Shown here piece by piece: positions 30,708-40,644 of a stretch of 57,906 bases of DNA (position 1 is the stretch's first letter; every line of letters begins with the position of its first letter). Made by a program: the position numbers and the translations under genes. The notes beneath the pieces were generated by a model. That model did no database searches. It worked only from the letters and a program-made list of their open reading frames with translations, and was not told the origin of the DNA. This stretch comes from Verrucomicrobiia bacterium Tous-C2TDCM (GTDB lineage: Bacteria > Verrucomicrobiota > Verrucomicrobiia > Verrucomicrobiales > DEV007), in assembly GCA_002288445.1 (NCBI GenBank), contig NEUQ01000001.1, positions 1 to 57,906 of the forward strand, written 5' to 3'.

Positions 30708-30798
30708 AATAGCCTGACACCGGACTCTTGAATAGCCCGGACTCTTTAATAGCCTGACACCGTGAAAGTGTTTGAATAGCCTGACACCGTGGAAGTGG
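30708..30798 (-). repeat. Right array: AATAGCCTGACACC x3 plus one internally deleted copy, inverted relative to the left array
   Basis: Full copies at 30708, 30748 and 30775 and a deleted copy at 30731. The reverse complement GGTGTCAGGCTATT matches the left motif at 12/14 positions. Confidence 0.9.
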
Positions 30799-30914
30799 TA
30801 GCGTAGGAGGTTAGCCTCGTCTCGGAGCCAGCACGGGGCCTGATTCGATCGCTTCGGCTCCGCGAACCCGAACCGCTTTGCTTGAGCCGATGGGACCGAC
30901 GACTTCCAGTCGGG

Positions 30915-31910
30915 TCAGCGGGCAAAGGTTCGCACCCACTCGGGTTCCTTGGCTTCGGCGGGAGGCGCGAGGAGGAGATCGGCAAGGGCGTCCTCGAGTT
31001 CGTGATATCGGAAGCGGAACCCGAGCCCGTGGATGCGACAGGGAAGCCCGCGGCGCCCCGTGAGAGCGAGATCGGGATCGGTGCCGATTACGGGGGCGGT
31101 GGCCCGAGCCAACCAGGCCGGTGTTGGCAGGCCCACGGGCATCTTGAGGGTCCGGCGGAGTGTCTCCATGAACTCGGCGTTGGTGACCGGTTGCAGCCCT
31201 GTCGCGTTGCAGATGCCGTGGACCGCAGGGTTGCGGATCGCCTCCAAAAAGAGACGCATCATGTCCTCAAGGTGAATCCAACTGATCCACTGGTTTCCCG
31301 ATCCGATGCGCCCCCCGAAGCCAAGCTTCGCGATCCTCGCCAGGGTTGGCAGGGCCCCGCCATCGCGACCAAGGACGAAACCGATTCGAAGGGCGGCCCA
31401 GCGCATTTCGGGCCGGATGGAGCGTCCGAGAGCCTCTTCCCAAGCAACACAGACATCGGCGGGAAACTCATCAGGGACAAATGCCGATTCTTCGCAGATG
31501 CGATCGCCGGCGTTGCCGTAGATGGCGAGACTGGTGGCCTGCACCCAGACCGCGGGCGGACGGTAGGCGAGGCGCAGTGCGGCTCCGAGGGCTTCGCACG
31601 AATCCACGCGGGAACTCAGGATCTCCGCGTGGTTTTTCTCGGTGCGGCGGCAGTCGACCGATTTACCGGTCAGGTTGACCAAGGCGGCGGCCCCGTCGAG
31701 TAACGATGCCCACGACTCCTCGACGGTCCGCCCATTCCACGCGACTGCGCGCCCCGCGCCATGGTAGTTGGAGGGGTTGCGGGTGAGGACGACGACCTCG
31801 TAGCCCTCGTCGTCGAGCTTGCGAGCAAGGGCCCGACCGAGGAAGCCGCTGCCTCCCGCGAGGACGACACGACCGCTATCTGTTGTCATTCTGTCGGGAG
31901 CCGTTTTCAT
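30915..31910 (-). CDS. TIGR01777-family NAD-dependent epimerase/oxidoreductase
   Basis: LAGGSGFLG, VNLTG, WEEA, GGRIGSGNQWISWIH, GFRFRY. Confidence 0.9.
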   Translation of the reverse strand: MKTAPDRMTTDSGRVVLAGGSGFLGRALARKLDDEGYEVVVLTRNPSNYHGAGRAVAWNGRTVEESWASLLDGAAALVNLTGKSVDCRRTEKNHAEILSSRVDSCEALGAALRLAYRPPAVWVQATSLAIYGNAGDRICEESAFVPDEFPADVCVAWEEALGRSIRPEMRWAALRIGFVLGRDGGALPTLARIAKLGFGGRIGSGNQWISWIHLEDMMRLFLEAIRNPAVHGICNATGLQPVTNAEFMETLRRTLKMPVGLPTPAWLARATAPVIGTDPDLALTGRRGLPCRIHGLGFRFRYHELEDALADLLLAPPAEAKEPEWVRTFAR

Positions 31911-32446
31911 TTCATCAATGCGCCAATCGATTTCGCGATTTTGTCACCCATACGGATCGCTTGAATCGCCGATTTGGTGGGGAGGCGGTCCATCTTGGTA
32001 TAAAAGTCGCTGACGAGTTCGAAGAAACTAAGGAGCGACTCAAGCTTCTCCTTCGCGTGGGTGTCGGCGGGATTGTCCGTGGTCCCGGCTTCGTTGGCGC
32101 AGTCGCGCAGGCGTGCGAGGGTGGGATCGATCTCACGCTTTTTCCGCTCGGCAGCAATGACGCGAAAAAGCTCGTAGACGTCTTGGATGGACTCGAAATG
32201 ATCGCGTCGGTCGGCGGGAAGGTGCACTACCTTCACAATGCCCCAATTTTGAAGTTCCTTGAGGCTGTTACTCACATTCGAGCGCGCCACCCCGAGTTGG
32301 TCGCAGATCTCCTCGGCGTGCAAGGGCCGGTCGGAGATGAAGAGGAGGGCATGAATCTGAGCAACGGTGCGGTTTATCCCCCACTTGGTCCCCATTTCTC
32401 CCCAATGGAGGATGAAATGCTGCGCGAAGGGTGGGAGATCTTTCAT
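31907..32446 (-). CDS. GbsR/MarR-family transcriptional regulator
   Basis: FILHWGEMGTKWGINRTVAQIHALL and SNVSNSLKELQNWG; ATGA overlap with the downstream gene. Confidence 0.9.
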   Translation of the reverse strand: MKDLPPFAQHFILHWGEMGTKWGINRTVAQIHALLFISDRPLHAEEICDQLGVARSNVSNSLKELQNWGIVKVVHLPADRRDHFESIQDVYELFRVIAAERKKREIDPTLARLRDCANEAGTTDNPADTHAKEKLESLLSFFELVSDFYTKMDRLPTKSAIQAIRMGDKIAKSIGALMK

Positions 32447-32451
32447 TTCGA

Positions 32452-32475
32452 ATATTTCTGTCTTTACAGAAATAT
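32452..32475. promoter_or_regulatory. Probable autoregulatory operator of the GbsR-type regulator
   Basis: Perfect inverted repeat ATATTTCTGT-CTTT-ACAGAAATAT, 5 bp upstream of the start codon. Confidence 0.75.
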
Positions 32476-32578
32476 AGAAAAGAGAGTCCGCAAGGGAAAC
32501 TTTGAGGTTTTTGGGCAAATTTCCCAAGGGTCGGAGGACACCCCGTGAAAACGGCGAGGCGGCTCTTCGGGCTATGCC

Positions 32579-34936
32579 TTAGTTGGCAGCGGGCTTGGGC
32601 TTCGCTTCGATCGGGACGGTCTTCTGGCGAGTTTCCGGCTTGGCCTCGGAGATATTCACTGGCTTGCCGGTCTTGCCGATGGCAATGAGGTCCTGAAGAA
32701 TGCGGATGGTTTCGCGCTCGTAGGGATCGAACTTGTGGGGATAGATGAGGAGCTTGTCGTCGGGATCCTCGTCTTCCTTGTTAGCACCGCCCCGGGACAT
32801 GCCGCTGAGCTGTTCTTCGGAGAGTTCGTCGCGCAGGACGAGTTTCTCCTCGAGGACGTTGTCCTGGGTGAGTTTGTAGATGGTGAAGAGATCCTTCTCT
32901 GCTTCACGGACTGAGGCGAAGTATTCGATCTGTGCCTTTTTTCGAGCCTCGCGTTCGGCCTCGTCCCTTGCGGTTTCTTCGTTCCGTTTGGCGAGATTCA
33001 GCGAAATGATGTTTTTGGCAATGCGATCCTTCTCCTCGCTGATGTCTTGGAGGATGTATTCGAAGTCGCGGCCGGAGGCGATGCGGGCCTCGGAGGACTT
33101 TTGGAGCGTCTCGTAGTCGATCGGCTTGTCAAAGAAGGGCAGGTAGCGGCTCGGCTCGATCGGATCGACGACGAGGGCGTTGGGCAGCGCTCCCTCACCG
33201 ATCTCGGCGATGTCGAGCATGGACGGCAGCCGCACCTCGGGGACGACGCCATGGCGTTGGGTGGAATGTCCGTTAATGCGATAGAAGGTTTGGATGGTGA
33301 GCTTCAGCGCTCCGTCCTGTTCCGGCTCCCGGGCGAAGGGGAGGGAGAGTTTGCGACCGAGGACGGGGCGAAGTTGCTGAACGGTCCCTTTGCCAAAGGT
33401 CGATTCATCGCCGACGATGACGGCGCGTCCATAATCCTGAAGAGCGGCGGCGAAGATTTCGGAGGCAGAGGCGCTGGCCTTGTTCACGAGGACGATGAGG
33501 GGCCCCCCGAAGACCGCTTCGCCGTTGCGGGAATATTTCTGGTCGCGCTGGCCGCGCCAGTCGATCGATTGGACCACTGGACCCTTCCGGATGAAGAGAC
33601 CGGTCATGTTGATGGCCTCTTCGAGGGATCCGCCGCCATTGTCGCGGAGATCGATGACGAGGCCGTTGATGCCTTCGATGGCAAGCCGGGTGAGAAGTCG
33701 GCGGACATCGGTGGTGGTGCTGGTCTGGCCTCCGTCCATGTCGGCGTAGAAGGAGGGCAGGGTGATCCAGCCCAGCTTTTGCTCGGCGCCGCCGGGATCC
33801 TTCGTGATGATGAGATCAGCGGTGGCGAGGCTATCCTTCAGATCGATCTTGTCGCGCATGATATCGACAAGTTTGATCTCGCCGTCCTTGCCCTTGGGAA
33901 TGACCTTGAGGCGGACGATGGTACCAATCTCGCCCCGGATGAGGTCGACAATGTCGGAAAGTTTCATCTCGACGGCGTCAACGAACTCTCCGTCGGCACC
34001 TTGGGCGACGCCGATGACGCGGTCGCTCACCTCAAGTTTGCCGGCCTTGAAGGCGGGCCCTCCGACGACGAGGCCTTCGATCGTTGCCCCCCCTTCGTCC
34101 TCGTTCTTTTGCAGCATCGCACCGATACCGGTCAGGGATTTGTTCATCCCGATTCGGAAATTGTCGTATTGCTGCTGCGAGAAGTATTCGGAGTGTGGAT
34201 CGTAGGCGGCCGAGATCGATTTGATAAAGAGGGCAGCGACATCTTCGGTGGTGTTTTCCTTGATCCGCTTGAGAATGCGGTCGTAGCGGTCGGAGACTTT
34301 CTCGTAGATGGACTTCTGAGAGTCGGAGTCGAGTTTCTTCGGTTTGGGCTCTGCCCCGGCTGCCTTGGCTTTCTCGGCCTTTTTGGCATTCTCCTTCTCG
34401 ACGGCCTCGGCGATGAGTTTTTCGCGCAGGAGATCGCCTTCAATCAGGTTTTTCCAGAGCTGGTCGTGCTCTTCTCCCGCTGTGGCCCATTCGGAATCTT
34501 TGCGGGAAATCTCGACGTTGCGGTCGGAGTCGTAGGTGAAGGTGTTCGGCACGGCGAGCTTCTTCGCCATCTCGACACGGTCGCGGACGCGTTCCTCATA
34601 GATGGCGAAGATCTCGAAGGCGGCAGGAATGCCGCCGGCGCGGACTTGATCGTCGATCTGGGTGCGGTATTTCGCATAAAAGCCGTCGACGTCTTCTTTC
34701 GTGAAGTAGACCCGGCTGTAATCGAGGGCCTCGAAGTAGGCGTCGAGGGAGCGCTCGGACATCTTGTCGTTGAAAGGCTCACGGAGGAAGTGCTCTTCCT
34801 CAAGCATCCCGACGACGCGAAGGCCAAGATCGCCATACTGGGTCTCCTCTTGGGCGGTGAGGAAGGAAGCGGCGATCGGGGCCAGCAGCGCAACGAAGGC
34901 CGAAAGCAGGGACGGAAGAAATTTCGCGGTGACCAT
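32579..34936 (-). CDS. prc: Carboxy-terminal processing protease (S41A, Prc/Tsp-like)
   Basis: Signal peptide, DPHSEY, GIGA (PDZ), DLRDNGGG, SASASEIFA, TFGKGTVQ. Confidence 0.9.
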   Translation of the reverse strand: MVTAKFLPSLLSAFVALLAPIAASFLTAQEETQYGDLGLRVVGMLEEEHFLREPFNDKMSERSLDAYFEALDYSRVYFTKEDVDGFYAKYRTQIDDQVRAGGIPAAFEIFAIYEERVRDRVEMAKKLAVPNTFTYDSDRNVEISRKDSEWATAGEEHDQLWKNLIEGDLLREKLIAEAVEKENAKKAEKAKAAGAEPKPKKLDSDSQKSIYEKVSDRYDRILKRIKENTTEDVAALFIKSISAAYDPHSEYFSQQQYDNFRIGMNKSLTGIGAMLQKNEDEGGATIEGLVVGGPAFKAGKLEVSDRVIGVAQGADGEFVDAVEMKLSDIVDLIRGEIGTIVRLKVIPKGKDGEIKLVDIMRDKIDLKDSLATADLIITKDPGGAEQKLGWITLPSFYADMDGGQTSTTTDVRRLLTRLAIEGINGLVIDLRDNGGGSLEEAINMTGLFIRKGPVVQSIDWRGQRDQKYSRNGEAVFGGPLIVLVNKASASASEIFAAALQDYGRAVIVGDESTFGKGTVQQLRPVLGRKLSLPFAREPEQDGALKLTIQTFYRINGHSTQRHGVVPEVRLPSMLDIAEIGEGALPNALVVDPIEPSRYLPFFDKPIDYETLQKSSEARIASGRDFEYILQDISEEKDRIAKNIISLNLAKRNEETARDEAEREARKKAQIEYFASVREAEKDLFTIYKLTQDNVLEEKLVLRDELSEEQLSGMSRGGANKEDEDPDDKLLIYPHKFDPYERETIRILQDLIAIGKTGKPVNISEAKPETRQKTVPIEAKPKPAAN

Positions 34937-35125
34937 GTGGCGGAGAAGTCTGAGGGTATCGTGTCCGGAGACCGTCGCAGTCGAGCTGACAGGACGGGGG
35001 GTGAAATTACACTGAAACAGATACGTGGAAAAGCCTTTTGTCAGGCGATTGGGGGGCGCGCCCGCGCCTCCGAGACAAGCGATCCACAACACATCTACCT
35101 TGGGCGAACCTCCCGCTCGTGCCGC

Positions 35126-37417
35126 TCATGCCGCTTTTGCCTTGCCACCGCGACGTCGGCGGCGTCGGCGTGGGCGACCGGTCGGGTCCTCCTCGCTGGC
35201 GGTGGGAGCCGCGGCGACCGGAGCGGCCGGGTGATTTGATTGGGGCGCGCGGTCGCCACCACGATGACGCGAAGTGGCGCGCGGGGAGCCGGAGGAAGCA
35301 CCTTCGCCCGTTCCGGCGAGACGGAAGTCGATCATCTTGCGGGTGATGTCGACCTTGGCAATCTCGACCTCGAGGGTGTCGCCGAGGCGGATGAGGCGGC
35401 GTCCACGGCGACCTGCGATCTGTTTGGCAGCAGAATCGTGGCGATAGTGGTCGTCCACGAGGAGGGAGATCGGCACCATTGCGCTCATGCCAAGCGCCGC
35501 GATGTCGATGGAGAAGCCGAAATCGCGCAGGCAGGTGACCTGAGCCTCGTAGCGCTGGGGCGTTCCAGAGCGGATCTGGTCGAGAAGATAGGCGTGGAGT
35601 TTCACGTCCTTGCTGTCGCGCTCGGCGTCGGCGGAATTCCTCTCGGTGGAGGAGAGGTGATCGGCGACTTCATGGAGCGGATCGCCGCAAACGTGTTTGG
35701 CATTCGCGAAGAGGCTGCGGTGCACGACGAGGTCGGCGTAGCGGCGGATCGGCGAGGTGAAATGAGTGTATTTCTTCTTCGCGAGTCCGTAATGGCCGAC
35801 GGGATCGGCGGTGTAGCGGGCGCGCTGAAGCGAACGCAGGAAACCGATTTTCAACGCCGCGCCGATTGCGAGGTCGCCGAGACGAGCGAGGAGCCGCTTC
35901 ACTTCCTCGGGCTTGTTGAGATTGCCGCAGGGGATCGAGTGTCCAAGCACTTCCTCGCGGTAGCTCTTGAGACGATCGGGATCGGGCGCCTCGTGGGTGC
36001 GGTAGATCGCGGGACGCTTCAGTTTCATGAGTCGCCCGGCAACGGCCTCGTTCGCAAGGAGCATGAACTCCTCAATGAGTTGGTGGGAGATGTCGTTGTC
36101 ATGTCGGTCGATGCGTGAGACCTTGCCTCCGTCATCGAGACGGATCTTCGTCTCGGGAAAGTCAAGATCGAGCGACCCATCGGCGAAACGGCGCTTTCGG
36201 ATGGCCTGGGCGAGGGCGCTGGCTTCGTGGAGCATCGTCGTGGTCGCGTCACCGGGTTTACCTTGGAGCACGGCGAGCGCCTCCGCGTAGGTAAAACGTT
36301 TTTTCGAGTGGATCACGGCCGGATAGAAGTCGGTCGAGAGGACACGCCCATCGGAGGAGATGAGAAACTCGACGCACTTGGTGAGACGATCGACGTGTGG
36401 TTTCAGCGAGCAAAGTTCGTTGCTGAGTTCCTCCGGCAACATGGGGATGACCCGGTCGACGAGGTAAGAGGAATTCCCGCGGCGTCGCGCTTCGACGTCG
36501 AGGGCCGAGCCCGGCCGCACGTAGTGGGAGACATCTGCGATGTGGACCCAGAGCTTCCAGCGATTGGCTCCGGCGGGCTCGAGACAGATGGCGTCATCGA
36601 AATCGCGAGCGTCGTCGGGATCGATCGTGACCACGAGTTGCCCGCGGCAGTCGCGTCGTCCGGTCAGGTCGGCGGGCTGGACGTGGCGGCCGAAACGACG
36701 CGCTTCTTTGATGACTGCAGGAGGAAATTCCCCCTGCAAATCGTATTGGCGGAGCACGCCGAGCATGTCGATGCCCTCGGCCGAGGGAGCGCCGAGGACC
36801 TCGACGATGCGGCCTTCGGGAGCAGAGTGTCGGGAAACCCAGCGGGTTAGTTCGACGACGACCTTGTCGCCAGGCTTGGGCGGAGTCGGGGCATTTTTCC
36901 CGGGAAGGATCGTGATCCCTCGTGGGAAACGTGGATCATCCGGCTGTACCTCGATGCCTTTTCCGTTCCGATGGCATGAGCCGACGAAACGCGAGCGTCG
37001 GCGCTCGATGATGGAGACGACGGAACCCGAGAGAGTCGCGGCTTCGGGCGCTGACCGTTGCCAGAAGCGCTTTTTCGGCAACTCTTCGATCAGGACGAGG
37101 ACGCGGTCATCGGGCAGGGCCGTGCCGGTTTCCCGCGCTGCGATGGCGATCTCGGGGAGGGCGGGATCTTCAGGCGTGAGGAAGCCGCGTCCGGATTTGG
37201 TGAGCTGGAGACGTCCCGCTACGAGCCGGGAGGAATCGGTCGGCAGATAGCGGCCGCCTTTGATGCGGAGAATGATGCCATCGCGTTCGAGGTTGCGGAG
37301 GCTGCGCTGGAGCGCCGGCTGATCTTGAGAAAGAAGGGCGAGGTCCTCGTGGATCTCCGAGAGCGTGGCGGGCGTGTAGTTTTTGTGCCCGAGGTGTTTC
37401 AGAAGGTGTTTTTCCAT
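35126..37417 (-). CDS. rnr: Ribonuclease R
   Basis: Cold-shock domains, TIDPDDARDFDDA, HFTSPIRRYADL, an S1 domain and a basic tail. Confidence 0.92.
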   Translation of the reverse strand: MEKHLLKHLGHKNYTPATLSEIHEDLALLSQDQPALQRSLRNLERDGIILRIKGGRYLPTDSSRLVAGRLQLTKSGRGFLTPEDPALPEIAIAARETGTALPDDRVLVLIEELPKKRFWQRSAPEAATLSGSVVSIIERRRSRFVGSCHRNGKGIEVQPDDPRFPRGITILPGKNAPTPPKPGDKVVVELTRWVSRHSAPEGRIVEVLGAPSAEGIDMLGVLRQYDLQGEFPPAVIKEARRFGRHVQPADLTGRRDCRGQLVVTIDPDDARDFDDAICLEPAGANRWKLWVHIADVSHYVRPGSALDVEARRRGNSSYLVDRVIPMLPEELSNELCSLKPHVDRLTKCVEFLISSDGRVLSTDFYPAVIHSKKRFTYAEALAVLQGKPGDATTTMLHEASALAQAIRKRRFADGSLDLDFPETKIRLDDGGKVSRIDRHDNDISHQLIEEFMLLANEAVAGRLMKLKRPAIYRTHEAPDPDRLKSYREEVLGHSIPCGNLNKPEEVKRLLARLGDLAIGAALKIGFLRSLQRARYTADPVGHYGLAKKKYTHFTSPIRRYADLVVHRSLFANAKHVCGDPLHEVADHLSSTERNSADAERDSKDVKLHAYLLDQIRSGTPQRYEAQVTCLRDFGFSIDIAALGMSAMVPISLLVDDHYRHDSAAKQIAGRRGRRLIRLGDTLEVEIAKVDITRKMIDFRLAGTGEGASSGSPRATSRHRGGDRAPQSNHPAAPVAAAPTASEEDPTGRPRRRRRRRGGKAKAA

Positions 37418-37767
37418 GGATTGGTTGGAAAGGGATGGGTATGGGTGTGGCGGCGTCCGTAGCCGTTCCGTGAAAGCAAGTTGTTGCTTTGGACAGGCTG
37501 CGCCGGTCGCGCGGCATCCGGGCCCGAGAAGCTTCCGCAGAAAGGGCGGGATCGCGAACTTGGCCAAAATGACGTCCCTCGGGAAGGACCGGTCGCGAAA
37601 AAGAGAGGGGGCTGGAGAGCCCGATCGCCGGAGCGGCCAGAGGCGGGGAATGATTCGTGAAAAGAGACCCGGCCCTGTTCCCCTTCCATCGGGGAGTGAC
37701 AGGTTGGACCTACGGCTCGAATCCGCCTTGTAGCAAACGAAAGTTTTGCTTCCAGCCGGATCGGCAC

Positions 37768-40512
37768 CTACTCGAGCTCCTTCAGCTGGCCGCGCTTCCC
37801 ACCGAACCGCAGCCATTTTTCAGACTCCACTGCTATGAACGCGGCAACGGCGACGGCGGCGATGCGCAACCAGGATTCCATCGAAAGCGGGGTGCTGTGG
37901 AAGAGGCGGTTCATCACCGGCGCGTAGGTGAAGAGAACTTGGGCGGCGATCATCGTCGCGGCTCCGATGAAGGCGAAGCGATTCGTCCAGATGCCGATGT
38001 GGAAGATTGAGCGACTCAGTGAGCGGCAGCAGAAGAGGTAGGCCGTCTCGACCGCGACGACGACATTGACCACTGCGGTGCGCGCCTCGGCGAGAGTTTC
38101 GCCAGCGATGCTCAGTTCGTAGTGGAAGAGCCAATACGCACCGCCGATCATGATGAGGGTGACGAGTCCCGTCCGCATGAAGAGCGGGAAGGTGAGGAGC
38201 GGTTTCGCTGGATCGCGCGGGGGACGTTTCATGAGACCGGGCTCTTTCGGCTCGAAGACGAGCATGAGGCCGAGGAGGAGGGCGGTGGTCATGTTCACCC
38301 AGAGGAGTTGCACCGGAAGGACGGGCAGGGTGAGCCCTGACAAAATCGCCACGAGAATGATGCAGCCTTCGCCGAGGCTCGTTGGCAGGGTCCAGATGAT
38401 GAACTTTCGCAAATTGTCGAAGACTCCCCGTCCTTCTTCGACAGCGGCGGCGATGGTCGCAAAGTGGTCGTCGGTGAGGATGATGTCGGCGGCCCCTTTG
38501 GCGACATCGGTTCCGGTGATGCCCATGGCAATGCCGATGTCGGATTGTTTCAAAGCCGGAGCATCGTTGACGCCGTCGCCCGTCATCGCCACGATCTGTC
38601 CCCGCGACTGGAGCGCGCGGACGAGGCGCAGCTTCTGCTCGGGCGCGACCCGGGCGAAGACCACGGTGGTCATGGCGAGATCGGGCAGATCCTCATCGGA
38701 GACTTCCTCAAGCTCCCGTCCGGTGACGATGCGGAGGCCATCCGCAATCTTGTCGGCGAGTCCGATCTGAAGAGCCACGGCTCGGGCGGTGATGGCATGA
38801 TCGCCCGTGATCATCTTCACGCGAATGCCGGCCTGACGACAAATCGCGACAGCGGCGACGGCCTCTTTCCGAGGTGGGTCGATCATGCCCTGCAGCCCGA
38901 GAAAAGTGAGGCCCTCCCTCACGTTCTCATGCGAGAGCTCGTCGTGATTGTCGCCGACGTGGCGCCTTGCAAGAGCGAGGACACGCAGTCCGTCGGCGGC
39001 GAACGCCTCGACCTTTTGGTGGATCTCAGCGGCATCGAGTGGTGCGAGGCTTCCGTCTTCCTCGAGTTGATCGGAGCAGCGCTCGAGGAGGCGTTCGACC
39101 GCGCCGACCTTGTAGATCGTCCGGGCCGCGCCCCCGCCGTGCAGGGTTGCACGGAACATGTGTTCGGACTCGAAGGGAATCATGTCGAGGCGGGGTGCGG
39201 CTTCGACCGCTTCCGCATGGATCAAGCCACCCTTGGCTCCGGCGACGAGCAGGGCCGCCTCGGTGGGATCGCCCAGTATGTGGGGACGTCCGTCCGCGAG
39301 GGTTAGTTCGGAATCATTGCAGAGGACTCCGGCGCGGAGGCACTCGCTCAGTGCGGGGTGCTGCTCAGGGTCGGCCACATTAAGGCCGTCGCCATCGAGG
39401 ACGTCGCCGGCCGGGTCGTAGCCCGTTCCCGTGAGGGTGTAGATTTTCCTTCCGGCGAAGATCCGTTGCACCGTCATTTGATTTTCGGTGAGGGTGCCCG
39501 TCTTGTCCGAACAGATTACGGTCGTAGCGCCGAGCGTCTCGACCGCGGGGAGTTTGCGAACGATGGCTCGCCGGTGCGCCATGCGGCTCACCCCGATGGC
39601 GAGCACGATCGTGACGGCGGCCGGAAGACCTTCGGGAATCGCCCCGACGGCGAGCGCGACGGAGGCCATGAACATGTCGACAGCCGCCTCCCCCCGCATC
39701 ACCCCGACGACAAATCCGAGCGCGCCGAGTCCGAGGATGAGCCAGAGGAGGAGCCGGCTGAAGGCGGTGATCTTCCGCGTCAGTGGGGTCGAGAGCTCGA
39801 CAGTGCTGGCAAGCATCCCGGCGATGCGACCGGTCTCGCTCGCGTTGCCGATCGCGAAAACGATCCCCTCGGCCTGACCCGAGGTCACGTGGGTGCCGGC
39901 AAAAGCGAGGTTGTGGCGGTCGGCGAGAGAGGTCATGGGAGCGAGGGTGGAGGAAACCTTCTGCGCTGGCATCGACTCTCCGGTGAGGGCTGATTCATCG
40001 ACTTGGAGACTCATTACCAAGGTAAGGCGAAGATCGGCCGGCACGACGTCGCCGCTCTGCAGCAATACCACATCGCCGGGAACGAGCTCTGACGAGGCTA
40101 CGCGGCTTTTTCTCCCGCCGCGGCGCACCGTCGCCGCGGTGACCACCAGGCGACTGAGGGCCTCGATCGCCTTTTCCGCTTTGGCCTCCTGGATGAAGCC
40201 CACAATGGCGTTGATGAGGACTACCCCGAAGATCACCGTCGAGTCGACATATTCCCCGAGGGAGGCGGTGATCGTGCCAGCGGCGAGGAGGAGGTAGACG
40301 AGGGGCTGGTGGAACTGGAGGAGGAATCGAAACCACGGCGGCGAGCCGGCTTTGGAACTGACGAGGTTGGGTCCGTATTCCCTTTGGCGCTTCGAGATTT
40401 CGGGGTCGGTCAGTCCCTTCTCCAGGTCGGATGCGAGGAGATTTCGCACTTCGATTTCAGTCTTCGCGTGCCAGCCGCCCGGGAAAACCTCCGCCTCTCT
40501 CGAATTCCCCAT
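37768..40512 (-). CDS. Cation-transporting P-type ATPase (P2A-like)
   Basis: TGES, IPEGLP, DKTGT, GDPTE, MITGD, TGDGVNDAPAL. Confidence 0.95.
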   Translation of the reverse strand: MGNSREAEVFPGGWHAKTEIEVRNLLASDLEKGLTDPEISKRQREYGPNLVSSKAGSPPWFRFLLQFHQPLVYLLLAAGTITASLGEYVDSTVIFGVVLINAIVGFIQEAKAEKAIEALSRLVVTAATVRRGGRKSRVASSELVPGDVVLLQSGDVVPADLRLTLVMSLQVDESALTGESMPAQKVSSTLAPMTSLADRHNLAFAGTHVTSGQAEGIVFAIGNASETGRIAGMLASTVELSTPLTRKITAFSRLLLWLILGLGALGFVVGVMRGEAAVDMFMASVALAVGAIPEGLPAAVTIVLAIGVSRMAHRRAIVRKLPAVETLGATTVICSDKTGTLTENQMTVQRIFAGRKIYTLTGTGYDPAGDVLDGDGLNVADPEQHPALSECLRAGVLCNDSELTLADGRPHILGDPTEAALLVAGAKGGLIHAEAVEAAPRLDMIPFESEHMFRATLHGGGAARTIYKVGAVERLLERCSDQLEEDGSLAPLDAAEIHQKVEAFAADGLRVLALARRHVGDNHDELSHENVREGLTFLGLQGMIDPPRKEAVAAVAICRQAGIRVKMITGDHAITARAVALQIGLADKIADGLRIVTGRELEEVSDEDLPDLAMTTVVFARVAPEQKLRLVRALQSRGQIVAMTGDGVNDAPALKQSDIGIAMGITGTDVAKGAADIILTDDHFATIAAAVEEGRGVFDNLRKFIIWTLPTSLGEGCIILVAILSGLTLPVLPVQLLWVNMTTALLLGLMLVFEPKEPGLMKRPPRDPAKPLLTFPLFMRTGLVTLIMIGGAYWLFHYELSIAGETLAEARTAVVNVVVAVETAYLFCCRSLSRSIFHIGIWTNRFAFIGAATMIAAQVLFTYAPVMNRLFHSTPLSMESWLRIAAVAVAAFIAVESEKWLRFGGKRGQLKELE

Positions 40513-40644
40513 GATTGAGGAAGCTAGGCACCCGGATCGAAACAAGCAACCTACCAGTTTTTTCGAAGGTAGTCAGAAATCGATTCTTCGGTTTTGGTTT
40601 CGTCAGCTCGCCCGGCGGCGCTCCCCGCGAAGAGAAGCCGCTCA

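Noticed and set aside
30708-30798. Mini-CRISPR array
   Set aside because: The repeats are 14 bp, the linkers are at most 13 bp and partly duplicated, and there are no cas genes.
33047-35239. Long antisense ORFs (also 55595..57769, 50149..51711, 22342..23799, 5174..6625)
   Set aside because: They are shadow frames opposite well-supported genes, expected at this GC content, and carry no motifs.
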